A DNA stretch of 64,000 nt, taken from the NCBI RefSeq assembly GCF_006345805.1, contig NC_043005.1:29760001-29824000 (forward strand), written 5' to 3'. The position numbers and the translations under genes were made by a program. Below are positions 40,390-54,618 of this stretch, one piece after another; the stretch's first letter is position 1, and each line of letters begins with the position of its first letter. The notes under the pieces were generated by a model that saw only the letters and a list, made by a program, of their open reading frames with translations, was not told the origin of the DNA and ran no database searches. This DNA comes from Octopus sinensis (lineage: Eukaryota).

Positions 40390-41115
40390 AAAGGAAAGGG
40401 GAGAACAACTGAGAATGGAATATTTCTGAAGACTAAGATTGATGCTGTACTCAAAATTCTCCGGATGAAATGGAAGCCAAGCAGCATCACTTCAGTATGA
40501 AGCTGGAATCATACACTGGCCAAAGAACTGATGAACATCGATACAAAGACAAGAAAAATATTGACAGTGCATGGAGCCTTTCACCCTAAGAGTGACACCA
40601 ATAGGCTGTACTTGTCTGGAAGAAAGGGTGGGAGAGGTTTGATCAGTTGCAAGGACTGTATTGAAGCAGAGGAAACCAGCTTTGGGTGGTATGTGAAAAA
40701 TACTGAGGAATCATTGTTGAAACATGTGAAGATGTCTGGCATCATTAATATTGATAATTGTGTAAAGAAGGAAAAACTTAAAGAGGAAAAGAAAAAAAGA
40801 GTCAACGTTGAAGGAGAAAAAATGTACGGTCAGTTTGCCAGAAGTACAAATGCCATGACGTATGCAGAAGACCGGTGGCTATGGATGAGGAGGAGTGACC
40901 TGAAGATAGAGACAGAAGCACTTATATGCACTGCATAAGAACAAGTATTAAGGACCAAATATGTGAAGTAAAGAATTGATAATGCTACCAATGCTGCCAA
41001 CAGCGACAAGTGCAGAGTGTGTGGTAAGAGGGGTGAAATTGTATGGCACAGCGTTAGTGAATGCCTGAAATTGGCACAATGCGAACACAAAAGACAACCT
41101 GACAATGTGGCAAAG
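40390..41115 (+). mobile_element. R4/Dong-type RLE LINE internal fragment (family Dong-2)
   Basis: IDTKTRK.LT.HGAFHPKSD..RLYL....GGRGL, MYGQF, ETEALI, CRVC....E...H..SEC. Confidence 0.88.
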
Positions 41116-41269
41116 AATGTGTGTGTTAGTGTATGTATACATATATATATATATGTACAGTCATAAAACCAGATATTTATGTGTTGGTGTATATGTATAT
41201 ACGTGTATGCATATGCATAAATATCTATCTATCTTTTTAGCCATGTATCTATCTATCTATCAATTCATA

Positions 41270-41415
41270 TATATGCGTGTGTGTATGTATATACATTTAT
41301 GTATATATATTTATGTATATATATGTATATGTATGTATATATATGTATATATATATATATGTATATATGTATATATATATGTATATATATATATATGTAT
41401 ATATATGTATGTATA

Positions 41416-41453
<38 letters not shown>

Positions 41454-41591
41454 CATGTGTGTGCGTATGTATATACACATATATATATATGTATACATAT
41501 ATGTATATATATATATACATATATATATATGTGTATATATGTGTATATATATGTATATATATATATGTATATGTATATATGTATATATATA

Positions 41592-41665
<74 letters not shown>
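41270..41665. repeat. Long degenerate (TA)n/(TATG)n microsatellite
   Basis: Directly visible; similar tracts near 20500, 21390, 39850, 46150, 53580, 57410 and 61170. Confidence 0.97.
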
Positions 41666-41668
<3 letters not shown>

Positions 41669-41966
41669 TCACCATATAGGGATACATATATGCATATGAG
41701 GATACAAGCAGATGTGCAGATAAGCATATGTATAGCTGTGTGTATGTGTTTGTATATCTACACACATCCCTGTCCATGTCGGTATATTTTTATTGATGAA
41801 TATAAGTATATATGCAAAGTCATGTGTACTTCTGTATGTAAACATACACATATATTGTTCTGTCTGTCTCCCTCTCTATATGAGTGTGTGTGTCTGTGTG
41901 TGTTTGTGTGTGCGTGTGTGCATGTGTGTGTGTGTATGTGTGTGTGTGTATGTCTGTACGTATGTA

Positions 41967-43260
41967 TCATCATCATCATTGTTTAACATCCACTTCCATG
42001 CTAGCATGGATTGGACAATTTGACTGAGGCCTGGCGAACCAGATGGCTGCACCAAACTCCAATCTGATCTGGCAGAGTTTCTACAGCTGGATGCCCTTCA
42101 TAATGCCAACCACTCTGAGAGTGTAGTGGGTGCTTTTACATGCCACCAGCATGAGGGCCAGTCAGGCAGTACTGGCAACAGCCACGCTCAAATGGTTTTT
42201 CTTATGTGCCACCGGAACAGGAGCCAGTCCAGCGACACTGCCAATAACCTAGCTTGAATGATTTTTTATGTGTCACCAGCACGTGGCAGTAAGGCGACGC
42301 TGGTAACAATCACTCTCAAATGGTGCTTTTTATGTGCCACTGGCATGGAAGCCGGTTAGCTGCTCTGGCCACAATCACGCTTGGATGGTGCTCTTAGTGC
42401 TCCACTAGCACGGATGCCAGTCATCGAATTTGATTTTGATTTCATTTGCCTCAACAGGTCTTCACAAGCAGAGTTTAGTGTCCAATGAAGGAAAGGTATG
42501 CATAAGTGGGTTGGTTACACCACTGGCTTAGGCCACGAGGTTATGGTCTCAGTTGGCTTGCCAGGTCTTCTCAAGCACAGCATATTTCCAAAGGTCTCAG
42601 TCACTAGTCATTGCCTCAGTGAGACCTAATGTTCGAAGGTCGTGCTTCACCACCTCATCCCGGGTCTTCCTGGGTCTACCTCTTTCACAGTTTCCCTCAA
42701 CCGGTAGGGTGTGCCACTTTTTCACACAACTATCTTCATCCATTCTCACCACATGACCATACCAGTGCAGTTGTCTCTCTTGCATACCACATCTGGTGCT
42801 TCTTATGCCCAACTTTTCTCTCAAGGTACTTACACTCTGTGGAGTATGCACACTGACATTACACATCCATCAGATCATACTGGCTTCATTCCTTGCAAGC
42901 TTACGCATGTCCTCAGTAGTCACGGCTCATGTTTCACTGCCATGTAGTATGGCTTTTCATACACATGCATCATACAATCTACCTTTTACTCTGAGTGAGA
43001 GGCCCTTTGTCACCAGCAGAGGTAAGAGCTCTCTGAACTTTGCCCAGGCTATTCTAGCAGCAACACTTTCAGCGCATCCTCCCCTGCTACTGACTTGGTC
43101 ACCTAGGTAACAGAAGCTATCAACTACTTCTAGTTTTTCTCCTTGAAATGTGACAGAAGTTGTTCCCTGCACATTTTCAGCACAGAGGCGCTCCCAGGGG
43201 CATCCTGTCTTGAATTCCTCTGTTATTGCTTGGAGGACTATGGTAAATAGAGGGGGCTAG
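41967..43260 (-). mobile_element. 5'-truncated, internally deleted RTE LINE
   Basis: EKLEVVDSFCYLGD, AWAKFRELLPLL, GRLYDACV, WYGHVVRM and GRPRKT motifs; (ATC)n tail at the left end. Confidence 0.92.
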
Positions 43261-43625
43261 TTTTATTTCAAGATTTCTTGCCAATAGAGAAAGAGCCAGT
43301 TTCTAACCTAGACTCAAGGTTCCTTTATTGCAATTTCAACATCAACAACAGGGTATGTATGTATGTATGTATATGTGCAGATTTGTATGTTTTGCCTTAT
43401 GTATATATTCTCATGCATATAGTTACATACCTAGACATGCATATATATATATATTTAAATGATAAACTTCTGGAAAGTTTTACAGATTTTTACAGTTCCA
43501 GTGAAGGATTGGATCTGTAGCCTTTGAATTAGCTTTCTCCTTTCTGGTTTTGAGAAGCTTAATTTCTCAAGATTGGTATTTAGGCAGTGTGTTACATATC
43601 CCAGTGCCTCAATAATTACAGGTCG
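43261..43625 (-). mobile_element. 3' end of Dong-1 RLE LINE
   Basis: Reverse complement of 6125-6490; (ATGT)n array on its 5' side. Confidence 0.85.
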
Positions 43626-43799
43626 GATGGGTGTATGTATGTATGTATGTATGTATGTATGTATGTATGTATATATGTATGTATGTATGTATGGACAGAT
43701 GGATGGATGTAGGTGGATTCATGCATACATGTATTTGAATTTGTGCATATGTATTTGTATATACTGGTAACAGATTCTCTTTCAGACCCTTTAACTTAA

Positions 43800-44022
43800 C
43801 CCTATTGATATCAACCTGGCTGAAACCAGTTCTGCCTCTGTAGTGCAAATGTCTTGTTTTCATAAGTTTTGAATTAAAATCTTCCACCAAACCTCTGTTA
43901 TAATTTATGTTCTTAACACTAGCTGAAAGATAATGAAGTTATTTTACTAAATTCTTTGAAAAAGATTTAAAGTAATTGAAAGAAACACAGAGCATCTCAA
44001 CAGAAATACACTAATGAAAGAA
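43800..44022 (+). mobile_element. piggyBac-like MITE
   Basis: TTAA-ccct... left end and ...aaagaa-TTAA right end; second copy at 36181-37185. Confidence 0.6.
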
Positions 44023-44364
44023 TTAAAGATATAATTTGCTTGCATTTACTTTGTGTATTCTTATTAAATCTTTGTATTTAGTTTGGAAAATAGTCTTTTT
44101 AAATCCATTGATTAATTTAGGCTTCAAGGCCTTGGCCTCATAATTAATCCGAATGAAATTCTGACAATTATGACATGTTCTTGCATGGTCTGCAGTAAAT
44201 CACAATAAAGCAAAGGAATATTGTCAGAACTGATTAACTTGTCAAGGCCAGATGTAAATATATGTAAATACATGTCATATTTATAAATGTGTGTTTGCAT
44301 ATATGAGGTGTGTAGTCTGTCTAGAATCACAGGCAGACTAACAGAGAAAGTAAGCTTCATATAT

Positions 44365-45325
44365 GACAGATGCACTGGTGCAATATGAGCTCATTGGAAA
44401 TAGATTCTCTTAAATGTTCACATGGCTCACTTGAACTAATCAATGGCTTTTTGTTACCGAACAGGTGGAATTAGTAAAGTAGGTGATTGCTCTGAAAGTG
44501 TAGTAATCAAGGTAAGAGTAGGTTGGAAAGGATTGGGGAAACTACTACCATTGCTGGCAATAAAAGTCTTTTCCCTCAAGATGAAGGACAAATTGTGAAG
44601 AATGTTTTGTTACCAAACAGGTGAATTAGTAAGGTAGGTGATTGCTCTGAAAGTGTAGTAATCAAGGTAAGAATAGGTTGGAAAGGATTGGGGGAACTAC
44701 TATCATTGCTGGCAATAAAAGTCTTTTCCCTCGAGATGAAGGACAAATTGTGAAAAATGTTTTGTGTTATAGTTGTAAAGCATAGGCTGGGCCTAAATGC
44801 AGAGGACTTTAGAAGATTGGAAAGAAATGAAGCGAACATGCTCTACTGGATGTGCATTGTAAATGAGTATGAATGATGTAGTGCGAAAAACGTGTTTGGT
44901 GAAAAATTGGGCATAAGAGGAATCTGATGTAGTGTGCAAGAGAGAAGACTGCATTGATATATGCGATGTGTAGGGATGAGGACAGCTGTATAAAGGAGTG
45001 TTGCTCACTTGATTCAGAAGAGGAAGACCCCGGCTGACATAGGGCAGAATGGTGTAGGTTGATATCAGAACTTTGAACCTTATGGAGGAGGTGACAAAGG
45101 AACTTGATGGCATGTGCAAGAAGGAAAGCTGTGCTGTTATGGTCATGTGATGTATATATGGATGAGGATAAAGATGTAACTGGAATCTGTAGAAAAAGGA
45201 AACCCTGAAAAATATAGGACAAAGTATTGATGATTGAATTCAGGAGCTTGAATTTCATGAAGGAGATGACAAAGGACCAGGATGACTGGCAATATGTGGT
45301 TCTAGAGAAGATCTGCTCACTTCAG
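44365..45325 (+). mobile_element. Old RTE LINE fragments with an internal tandem duplication
   Basis: RT C-terminal remnants; a ~158-bp unit is duplicated at 44451-44764. Confidence 0.75.
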
Positions 45326-46190
45326 CAAAATTGGGATTTTGGAAACACAATGTATAATATGTACAACTGACCTCCTTTCCCAGTTTCCTTCCAAAGCCTT
45401 CCCCACCATCCCTCACTAACTTTCTGCTGTATTCTGATACTGTAAGTAAATGAGAGAAGTGGATATTGCATCATCTTTGCTCTGATACCAGTAATCTCCC
45501 TCACTAGCCAGAATCACTTTTCTTGCACCTAGCCATAATTCTTAATGTTATCCCTCTCCACTCACATTATACACTGATCACCTTTCCATGCTACCAAATT
45601 ATCTTTCCTTATCAACCACCATATATCTCACTCTTCTGCACCCTATCCACCCATGTCCTCTCCCTTTCCCCCCATTCTTCCACTATCTACTGCTCTTCAC
45701 TCCTATTTCTATCTACATTTCAGCTTAAGAATTTAAAATAACTCCAGATTTTGTTCAAAATATTTCTATGTATACCCCAAGCTACATTCTACATTTATAA
45801 TGATTAATTAACAATTTTCCCCTTATACCCTTGCAAAATCATTTACTCCATCAGATGTTACACTTAATAAATAATCTATAATCATATCAAAGTGATTGAT
45901 TATTCTACCATACTAAGTTTATTATCTGATGAGATGAAATGCTGGAACCCAATCTGTCTGGAGTGCAACTTGATGCAGAAAACATTACCAGAACTTTAAA
46001 AATTTAAATCATTAGTTTTACTATTTGAATTATTGCAATTCTCTGTTGTGCCACTGAAATAATTTGTTTTATTTTTAACATGAAACCCACTTCCAAATGC
46101 CTAGGAAAAATTATGAAGTAAATATAAAAAAAAAAAATGTAACTAAGAAGATATATACACAAATATATATATATATATATTATATATATA

Positions 46191-46257
<67 letters not shown>

Positions 46258-46335
46258 CATACACATATATACGTGTCTGTCAATGTATGTGTGTACACAC
46301 ACGCATATATATATATATATATACACACACACATA

Positions 46336-46370
<35 letters not shown>

Positions 46371-46709
46371 ATATATATATACACACAATATATATACATA
46401 TATACACACACAAACACATGTATACATTTGTAGATCATGTGTTTATGCATGTGTATAATATATATATGTGTGTATGTATTTGTAGGTATGCATGTATGTA
46501 TGTACATACCCACATATCTACATACAAAGACACATACACATACAGCCATAAAACAATTGTGATGAAACTCTCCATATCCTATTAATTAGGAAAATCAAAA
46601 AGAAAATTATGGAACTCGTTACATAAGAGACTGTCTATAAATCTTCCTAAATTATGCTTCAACTCATAAGCACCTGGTTGACTTGTGCCCAGTGTACAAG
46701 ATTCTAGTG

Positions 46710-46925
46710 GAGGTGCCTGGCTTTGCATGGGTTAGTGTTTAGAGTGTGGGACTATTGAGCGTAAAGTTGAGGTTTCAATTCTTGAACTGGGAGATGTGTT
46801 GTGTTCTTGAGCAAAACATTTCATTCCATATTGCTCCTATCCACTCAGCTGATGAAAAGAGGTGGGGGAATTCATATACCATGAAACCGGGGAACTGGCC
46901 TTTATGAGTCAGTATGACTCTACAG
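46710..46925 (+). mobile_element. Older tRNA-derived SINE (second CORE/Nin-like family)
   Basis: Pol III-like head followed by tgtgttcttgagcaaaaca..ccactcagctg; related copies near 38100 (-), 40030-40380 (-) and 55365. Confidence 0.6.
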
Positions 46926-47340
46926 CACAGTGGTCAAGCAGTGGTCAGGCGGTGGGACCAAACTTCTAATCGTTTGCTTCCGACTAAGTAAATTCTTAAT
47001 TGGAACTTCTCTCTCTCTCTCTTTCTTTCTTTATTTTCTCTCTTTTTCTTCCTCTCTCTCTAAGTATCTGTCTCTCTTTCTCTTTCTTAGTAACTTCCCC
47101 TGAAAATTCATTCAAATTCTGTGTCCAAACATGAAGCAGAGGGTAAAACGGATCACCATTATGATGGGAAGTGGCTTCTGGGCCATCATCTGATACAGAC
47201 AAATAAGAGAGAGAGAGCATATATATATATATATATATATATAACGGGAAGGTTTACGAAAATAAACAAAAGACGAAGGCAGGTGGGGTACAAACAAACA
47301 AACGTATTAGTATGGCACTCAGGAATAGAAATAGAACAAG

Positions 47341-47378
47341 TCTTTTACGTTTCGAGCCTACGCTCTTCGACAGAAAGA
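47341..47378 (-). ncRNA. Minimal type-I hammerhead ribozyme with variant core CUGUCGA, in a Penelope-like insert (~47243-47596) within (TA)n
   Basis: UCUUU-CUGUCGA-a-GAGC guag GCUC-GAAA-CG-UA-AAAGA; stems I and II pair perfectly. Confidence 0.72.
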
Positions 47379-47597
47379 TACACAGAAAAAAAACAAGGAG
47401 AGAAAAAAATGCGTGTAGGAGCTAACAATCTATCATGGCGTTCTGACTTTGGGCAGAGGTCAGAGGTCAGACGCTAGAGGGACAGTAGGGGAGATAACAG
47501 GTCAAGTGACTTCCAAAACGAAGGTGTCCCCAACACAAAGGTGCGTGTGGTGTGTATAAGATAGTATGTATGTGCATGTGAAAGAGGGCTGGTGGTC

Positions 47598-47629
<32 letters not shown>

Positions 47630-49879
47630 ATTTGTGAGCATTTTTAGACAAGGGCTTATTTGCAAAACTAAAGGCACTATGAAGAGTGTTGTTTTTCTGA
47701 TACGGACATTTATGGGCATCTGGGAAATGGAAATATGGAAAGTCACAAAATTTGAATGAATTATCAAAGAGAGAGAGAGAGAGAGAGAGAATAAGGGTGT
47801 ATGGTTAAGAAATTTGCTTTTCTGAACAACATGGTTCAGGGTTTGGTGCCACTGTACGGTTTCTGTCAGCCGGTGTCCTGCATTACATTGCAAGTGAATC
47901 AGTTCCTTGTGAGTAAAATTGGTGAATAAAACCTTAAGAAACCCATGGTATGTGTGTGTGTGTGTGTGTGTTTGTATGTGTGTGTGTTTATGTGTGTGTG
48001 TGTGTGAGTTCCTATTCTCCTCATCTTCGCATACATTTAATGATTCTAAACCAAAGCTTGAAACAGTTGTCCTTGCTTCCCAGTTATCCATGTCTGGTCT
48101 GTTCATTGCTCAACAGATTCTGAGGTGGGTGGCAATTATTTCCTTGCTTAAAAACAGGTGATGACTGGGGACAGAAAGGGCCTCTGGCCATAGAATATCT
48201 GCCTCTGTAGAGTCTTGTCTGACCCATGCAAGCATAGAAAAGTAGATATTAAAACAATGCTGTTGTTGGTTTTGATGACAACGGTGATGATGGTGATGAT
48301 GGTAGTGGTGGCAATAATGGCAATTGATAGTGGTGATGGTGGTGGTGTCAATAATGATGTTGATTATGATGATGATGATGATACTGGCAATGCTGGTAGT
48401 TTTGATGATGGTGATGGTGATGACAATAGTGGTTGTGGTGGTAGTGGTGATGGTGTTAGTGTTGGTGTGGTGGTAGTGGTGGTATTGATGATGATGTATG
48501 TTAATTTTAAAACAGTCATTATTTCAATTTCCTATGATTATAATTAAATCTTTAAAATGCTATAAATGTCAAATGTGTGATAACCTTCTGGTTAAACATA
48601 TATAGTAATTAGTAAACCATGATTTGTTATCACCGTATTCTATTTTTTTAATATTAATTTCTTGCCATTTTTATTATTGTTCTCTTTAAATACTGTATTT
48701 GAGAAGGAAAATCTCCATTCAAAAGCAACATTACCATTATTGACCAAGCAGCTTTCCACAGTAAGACATCATCACCAGCAAAATGCCACTTAGAAGCAAG
48801 CCTTCATAAATTCTGTAAACAAAAACAAAGGGAGATAACTGCAATTCTGTAAAAGAGGGCTATATCTCCCCTGCCATTTATGCAAAGCTGAAGCCCTAAT
48901 TTATTAAGCTACTGTCTCAGTTCCTGAGGGCACTCAATTCTTTAAATCATATATTGGGGTATGTGAGTGTAGTTTCAAGAGAAGCTGCTTAAAATATTGG
49001 CCAAGTCGATAAAAGAAATATCACAGTCTTATCAAGCTATATTTGGAATTTGAAAGATAATGGTATTGTCAACTTCAATATACTGCACTGTTGCAAAAGT
49101 ACATCCCTTGCACAAATTACTGTGACCTCTGTAATGACAAGACACCTTAAATAGGAGGTCAATGTTAATTACAAAATGTTGCCATTTAAATAAGTAAAAT
49201 CTGATTTTAACAGAGCTTTTGAACTTCATTGAAAGTAAATAAGCAGGCAACTAGAAGTGTGCAGACCACGATCCTATAAGTAAGAAAATCAGGAAGTGAA
49301 TAAAAAGTGACACAACATATATAAACATACATACATACATATACAAACATACACACTCACACATACACACACACAAAAACATAAACACATATGCACACAC
49401 ATACACACATTTATATATATACATATGTGCACACACACATATTAACACATACACACACTCATCTGTAGTTATACACACACATACATAAATACATACATAC
49501 ACACACACCTACATGCAGACACTCACACGCCCTCTCACATATACTCACATATATAAATGTATGCACACACACACACACATGCACTTAGAAGAGCAAAGCT
49601 TGCATCATTCATTGACAATATAAAGAAGAATAGAAAAAAAACAAATACACAAAGGAAATAGATAAGGATAAAAAAAAAGGCATTTAAAAGAAAGCAAATA
49701 TGAATAGAAAGAGTGAATGAGAAGTGATGGAGATAAAAGAAGTGCGAACAAGGAAGAGTGGGAAGTTTATAGCAATAAGTAATGGGTCAGAGAATGATAT
49801 AAGGATGAGACTATACACTGGTCGTTCAAAAAAAGTAGTCACCAAAGCAAAGCATACAGAAGAGATTAAATGTATGAGA

Positions 49880-50478
49880 ATCATCATCATCACCATCATT
49901 ATCATTGTTTAATGTCCACTTTCCATGCTGATATTGGTTGGACTGTTTGACTGAAGTCTGGAGAGCCAGTAGGCTGCACCAGGCTCCAATCTGATCTGGC
50001 AATGTTTCTACAGCTGGATGCCCTTCGTAACGCCAACCACTCTGAGAGTGTAGTGGGTGCTTTTTTTTTGCATGCCACAGGCATGGGAGCTGGTCAGGTG
50101 GCTCTGGCATTGATCATGTTCAGATAGTGCTTTTTACATGCCACTGGTATGGCAGCCAGTCAGGAGGCACTGGCATTGGTCACGTTCAGATAGTGCTTTT
50201 TATGTGGTACCAGCCCAGGAGCCAGTCAGGGGGTACTGGCATCAGCTACATTCAGACAGGGCTTTTTATGTGCCACCAGTACAGGAGCCAGTCAGGTGGA
50301 CCTGGCATCGTCCACATTTGGATGATTCTTATTACATGCCGCCAGCACAGGGGCCAGTCAGGTGGACCTGGCATTGTCCATGTTCGGATGGTGCTTTTTA
50401 CATGCCACCAGAATGGGAGCCAGTCAGGTGGACCTGGCATTGACCACATTCAGGTGGTGTTTTTTATGTGCCACCAGC
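49880..50478 (-). mobile_element. RTE 3' UTR fragment with an expanded 66-bp tandem array (~6.3 units, 50057-50478)
   Basis: Unit starts recur at 50127, 50193, 50259, 50325, 50391 and 50457. Confidence 0.88.
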
Positions 50479-50968
50479 AAACAACAAATATAATCACCCT
50501 GAATACTAAAATTAATATATTTAATAATGAATACTTAATATTTAACCTAATTACTGTTTGGTGTAATGTGATTTATTTGGAGAACAAATTCCAATGAAAA
50601 GGTTTGTATCCAATGAATAGATATGAGTAATGTAGTTATTCTGAGGATTTCCGACACTCAATAGCCCAAGGGTTCTATTGTACTATATTGCCCGTTATCA
50701 TATATGAGCTCCAGTATGGCCCAAGTATTTGGATTATTCATAGATACTACGGTAATAATAAATTACCCAAGATATTATATGTGTGACAAGAAATGATCAA
50801 ATCTAAATATTTGTGGCGAAAGAATTTAAATAAGATTTCAGTCCTTAGATTTATTGAAAATCCTAAAATGTTCAAGTGAAGTACTTTACAGATCAAATGA
50901 ACTTAGAATAAAATGCCCTCATTAAATTAGATGCATTTCTTTCATATTTCAAACCTGTTATTTAGTTT

Positions 50969-51016
<48 letters not shown>

Positions 51017-51579
51017 ATATATGTGTGTCTAGATATAAATATAGATATAAATAAAATAAATGATAAATAGTTCCTTTTAAGCCACTATAAATGTCTGCTC
51101 CTTGTCAGCCAATGAGAGTTGATGTATTTCTTGGTGCCATTTGTATGTAAGGAACCTACTGTTGTTTTTTTTATTGATTTTAAGACCTGTATTTGTAAAC
51201 TAAATTTTTGTCCCTTCCTTGTTCTTATCTATTCTTCATTGTCAGTTTCATAACACACCCACCTTATTTCTTTATATCGGTAACTTTGAGGCTAGCTTCA
51301 CTGGCTTGGTAATCAACAAATCACTTAACAGGTCTATGTTCAACTCCACTTTAAATAATGCCTGATGTGCACGATAATTACATAATGAATGTTATAGTCC
51401 TTAATATTGTATTATGCTTACATTAAGTAAAAATTCTTGGCAAAACAATTGTTGCAAAATTTAAACCCATTTGAGTTTTATTATCATACTAGCACTATGC
51501 TGGGTCATAGTGCTAGTACATGCATATACAGCTGTGTGCATGCACACATACATGCAAGTACTGTCCAAATCTCCAACCA

Positions 51580-51840
51580 ATCACATACAGTTAGCTGCAT
51601 TCAATTGGCGTATCAAGTTTCAGGCATTTTGATTGGGTTTTGGATAGAAAATTCACAAAAAAGTCACTTCTATTGATTTTTTAATGGCTTTGCGGGGTGA
51701 CTGGGAAAATGTAAAGATGTGCACGACCACCCTTGGCTTGTTTTAAATGACCATAAAAAGTGTGAACCCTCTAACTGAAAAGTTGTGTATTTGTATAAAG
51801 GACACACACACAGACATTTTGCCGTTTATATCTATAGAGA
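51580..51840 (+). mobile_element. Helentron/HINE-like non-autonomous element 3' portion
   Basis: Ends (CA)n-gacattttgccgtttatatctatagagat; a similar architecture occurs at ~56520-56722. Confidence 0.4.
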
Positions 51841-52298
51841 TATATTTGAAAATGCCAAACAACAAGAATGAATGCTCAACACCACATTGGTGGAAAGAAT
51901 TTCTTTATTTGTGTATTAAAGCTACCATTGGTTTCATGTTTAAAAAAACATCTTAATACCTTAACAATTTTTCAAGCTGATCACATGGAGGAATGATGTT
52001 CATCTCCATTTAGGATGAAAACATATAGTTGATAAGGGAAACAGAAGATGGATATTGTATGAATCATTATTCAGCACGACGATTGTTTGGATCCTTTTGT
52101 GTCTATATTATAGGGGTAGGATATTGTGCATTTGGTTGCATTGCATCAATCAGTGCAGGATGTATCACTTTAGAATGCTTGGTGTAGGAAAATATCCCCC
52201 TGGATACACTGGGAGCCCCTTGGCATGTTGTTCTGGCCAGTTGTACATTGATACAATGGTACATCTACTACATATAAATGCATGTGTGTATATATATA

Positions 52299-52450
52299 TC
52301 ATCATTATCATCATCATACGTCCACTTTCCATGCTGGCATGGGTTGGACGGTTGGACTGAGGACTGGTGAGCCAGAGGCTGCACCAGGCTCCAATCTGAT
52401 CTGGCAAAGTTTCTACAGCTGGATGCCCTTCCTAATGCCAACCACTCTTG
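52299..52450 (-). mobile_element. RTE 3' tail fragment
   Basis: (ATC)n plus the conserved tail; head-to-head with the next fragment. Confidence 0.85.
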
Positions 52451-52494
52451 TTGCTGATGTTGATGTACATGACTCAATAGGTCTCTTCAAGCAG

Positions 52495-53192
52495 ATATAA
52501 AAGGCTGCTGCAGATGGTAATGAGGAAAGTGTAATTGCTAAGATAAGAATAGGATGGAGAAAGTTCAGAGGGTTTTTTCCTCTGTTGGTTATCAAAGGTT
52601 TCTCTCTCTCTCTGAGTTAAAGGGAAGATTGTATGAAGCGTGTGTATGAACTGCAACAATGCTGCATAGTAGTGAGATGTGGGCCCCAAATGTAGGGGAC
52701 ATGTGAAGGCTGGAGGGGAACAAAGCTGATATACTCCACTGGATGTGTGATGTCAGTATGCATGTGTGACAGAACACTGGTGTTTTGGGGGTAAAGTTGG
52801 GCAAAATGGAAATAGAGATACTGAGTGCAAGAGAGGAGGCTGCAGTGGTTTGGTCATGTGATGCAAATGGATGAGGACAATTGCATAAAGAAGAGCCAAT
52901 CATTTAAAGTAGAAGGAATTTGTGGAAGAGGGAGACCTAGGAAGACATCCCAACAGAAATGAGATCCTAAAACCAAAGTGCCACATAAAAAAAGCTCTGG
53001 TGGTGGTACCATGCAAAAAGTACCCAGTACACTCTGTGGAGTGGTTGGCATCAGGAAGGTCATCCTGTCATAGAAACGAAGCCAATACAGACTATGGAAT
53101 CTAGTGTGGCCTCTGGCCTTGCCAGTTCTAGTCAAACAATCCAACCCATGCTAGCATGAGAAACATACGTTAAATGTTGATGATGATGATGA
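52495..53192 (+). mobile_element. Old RTE LINE 3' fragment with tail
   Basis: RIGWRKFR..PLL, WFGHV..M and GRPRKT motifs; (GAT)n tail. Confidence 0.82.
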
Positions 53193-53296
53193 TATATATA
53201 TATATATCATCATCATCATCATATATATACATATATATGTATGTATGAGTGTATGTATGCAGGTATCAGTGAGAATGTGTATGTATGTATGTGTGA

Positions 53297-53329
<33 letters not shown>

Positions 53330-53581
53330 GTTGTGAAATCTACCCTGAGAGGTTCTGCGTCATTTGATGACAGCCAAAACTTTTCAATTCACCAAAAATA
53401 AAACCGTGATGTCTTCTGACAGAGGAAGTTTCTTCAGACCAACATTATTGTATTATTATCATCTCAACTAGGCAGACATCGAAAACAAAAAGTAGTGTAG
53501 TTGTGTGTGTGTGTATGTATATGTTGCATGCGAATAATTACACTTACATACGTTTTTATACACACACACACACACACACAC

Positions 53582-53631
<50 letters not shown>

Positions 53632-53704
53632 ACATATGTATATGTGTGTGTACACATCTCTCTCACTGTCTTTCTCTCTCTCTATCTCTCTCTCTCGCTA
53701 TATG

Positions 53705-53746
<42 letters not shown>

Positions 53747-54573
53747 CACGTGTGTGTGTATATATACATATATATACACACAAATATAAAAATATATATA
53801 TTTATGTATGTATGTATATATATATATTTATACCCACACACATATATGCTTGAGTGTATATATGTATGTGTATGCGCACTCACATACATATACAGATGTT
53901 TGTGTGTAGTTTATGTTTACAGACACACCTTGAAGAATTATAGACAAAAAAAAGTAATGTGAGTCACGACGAACAATGATTAGTTCCGTAAACAAAATAT
54001 TATTTAGATGGTAAACTTTAAACTAAATGGAAGAGAGTAGGACACAGAATTCCATGGACAGCAGTTCTAATGCTACCGTACACTGCAGGAGAATTTGACA
54101 AATCTTCTCTCACCTGCTTTGCAGGATCAAATGGTAACGCACTTCCAAACTGAATATGGTCAACTTATCCTTCATACACAGACTGAAATACTAGTAGTCA
54201 CATGTTGTACCATCGCCATGTTCATAGCATGCATAGTAGATGCAGTAATTAAAGCAAAATGATATTTGGAGCACTAACAGGAACTGTATTTGACCAACAG
54301 CCAATAAAAACAATACCATTGTCATCATTTTAACGTCCACTTTTCCATGCTTGCATGAGTCAGATGGAACTTTCTGTGGCATATTTTCTGTGATCTTCAG
54401 ATGCTCTTCCTGTCAGCAACCTTTACCTGTTTCTAAGCAACATAATATTTACTTATAGCTAGATAGATATGTTTTTCATGGGGAAAGTAGAAACAAGGTA
54501 TGTAGCTTGTGTGACAATGATGCTTGCTTAGAATTGTTATGTGGCATTGAGACAAGGAAATACAAACATACAT

Positions 54574-54618
<45 letters not shown>

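Noticed and set aside
41105-41986. 293-aa ORF, and the other YI/CV/HT-rich ORFs
   Set aside because: These are translations of (TA)n/(TG)n microsatellites, not genes.
50057-50478. CRISPR-like regular spacing of repeats
   Set aside because: The whole 66-bp unit is repeated with no unique spacers, it lies in an RTE 3' UTR, the context is eukaryotic, and there are no cas genes.
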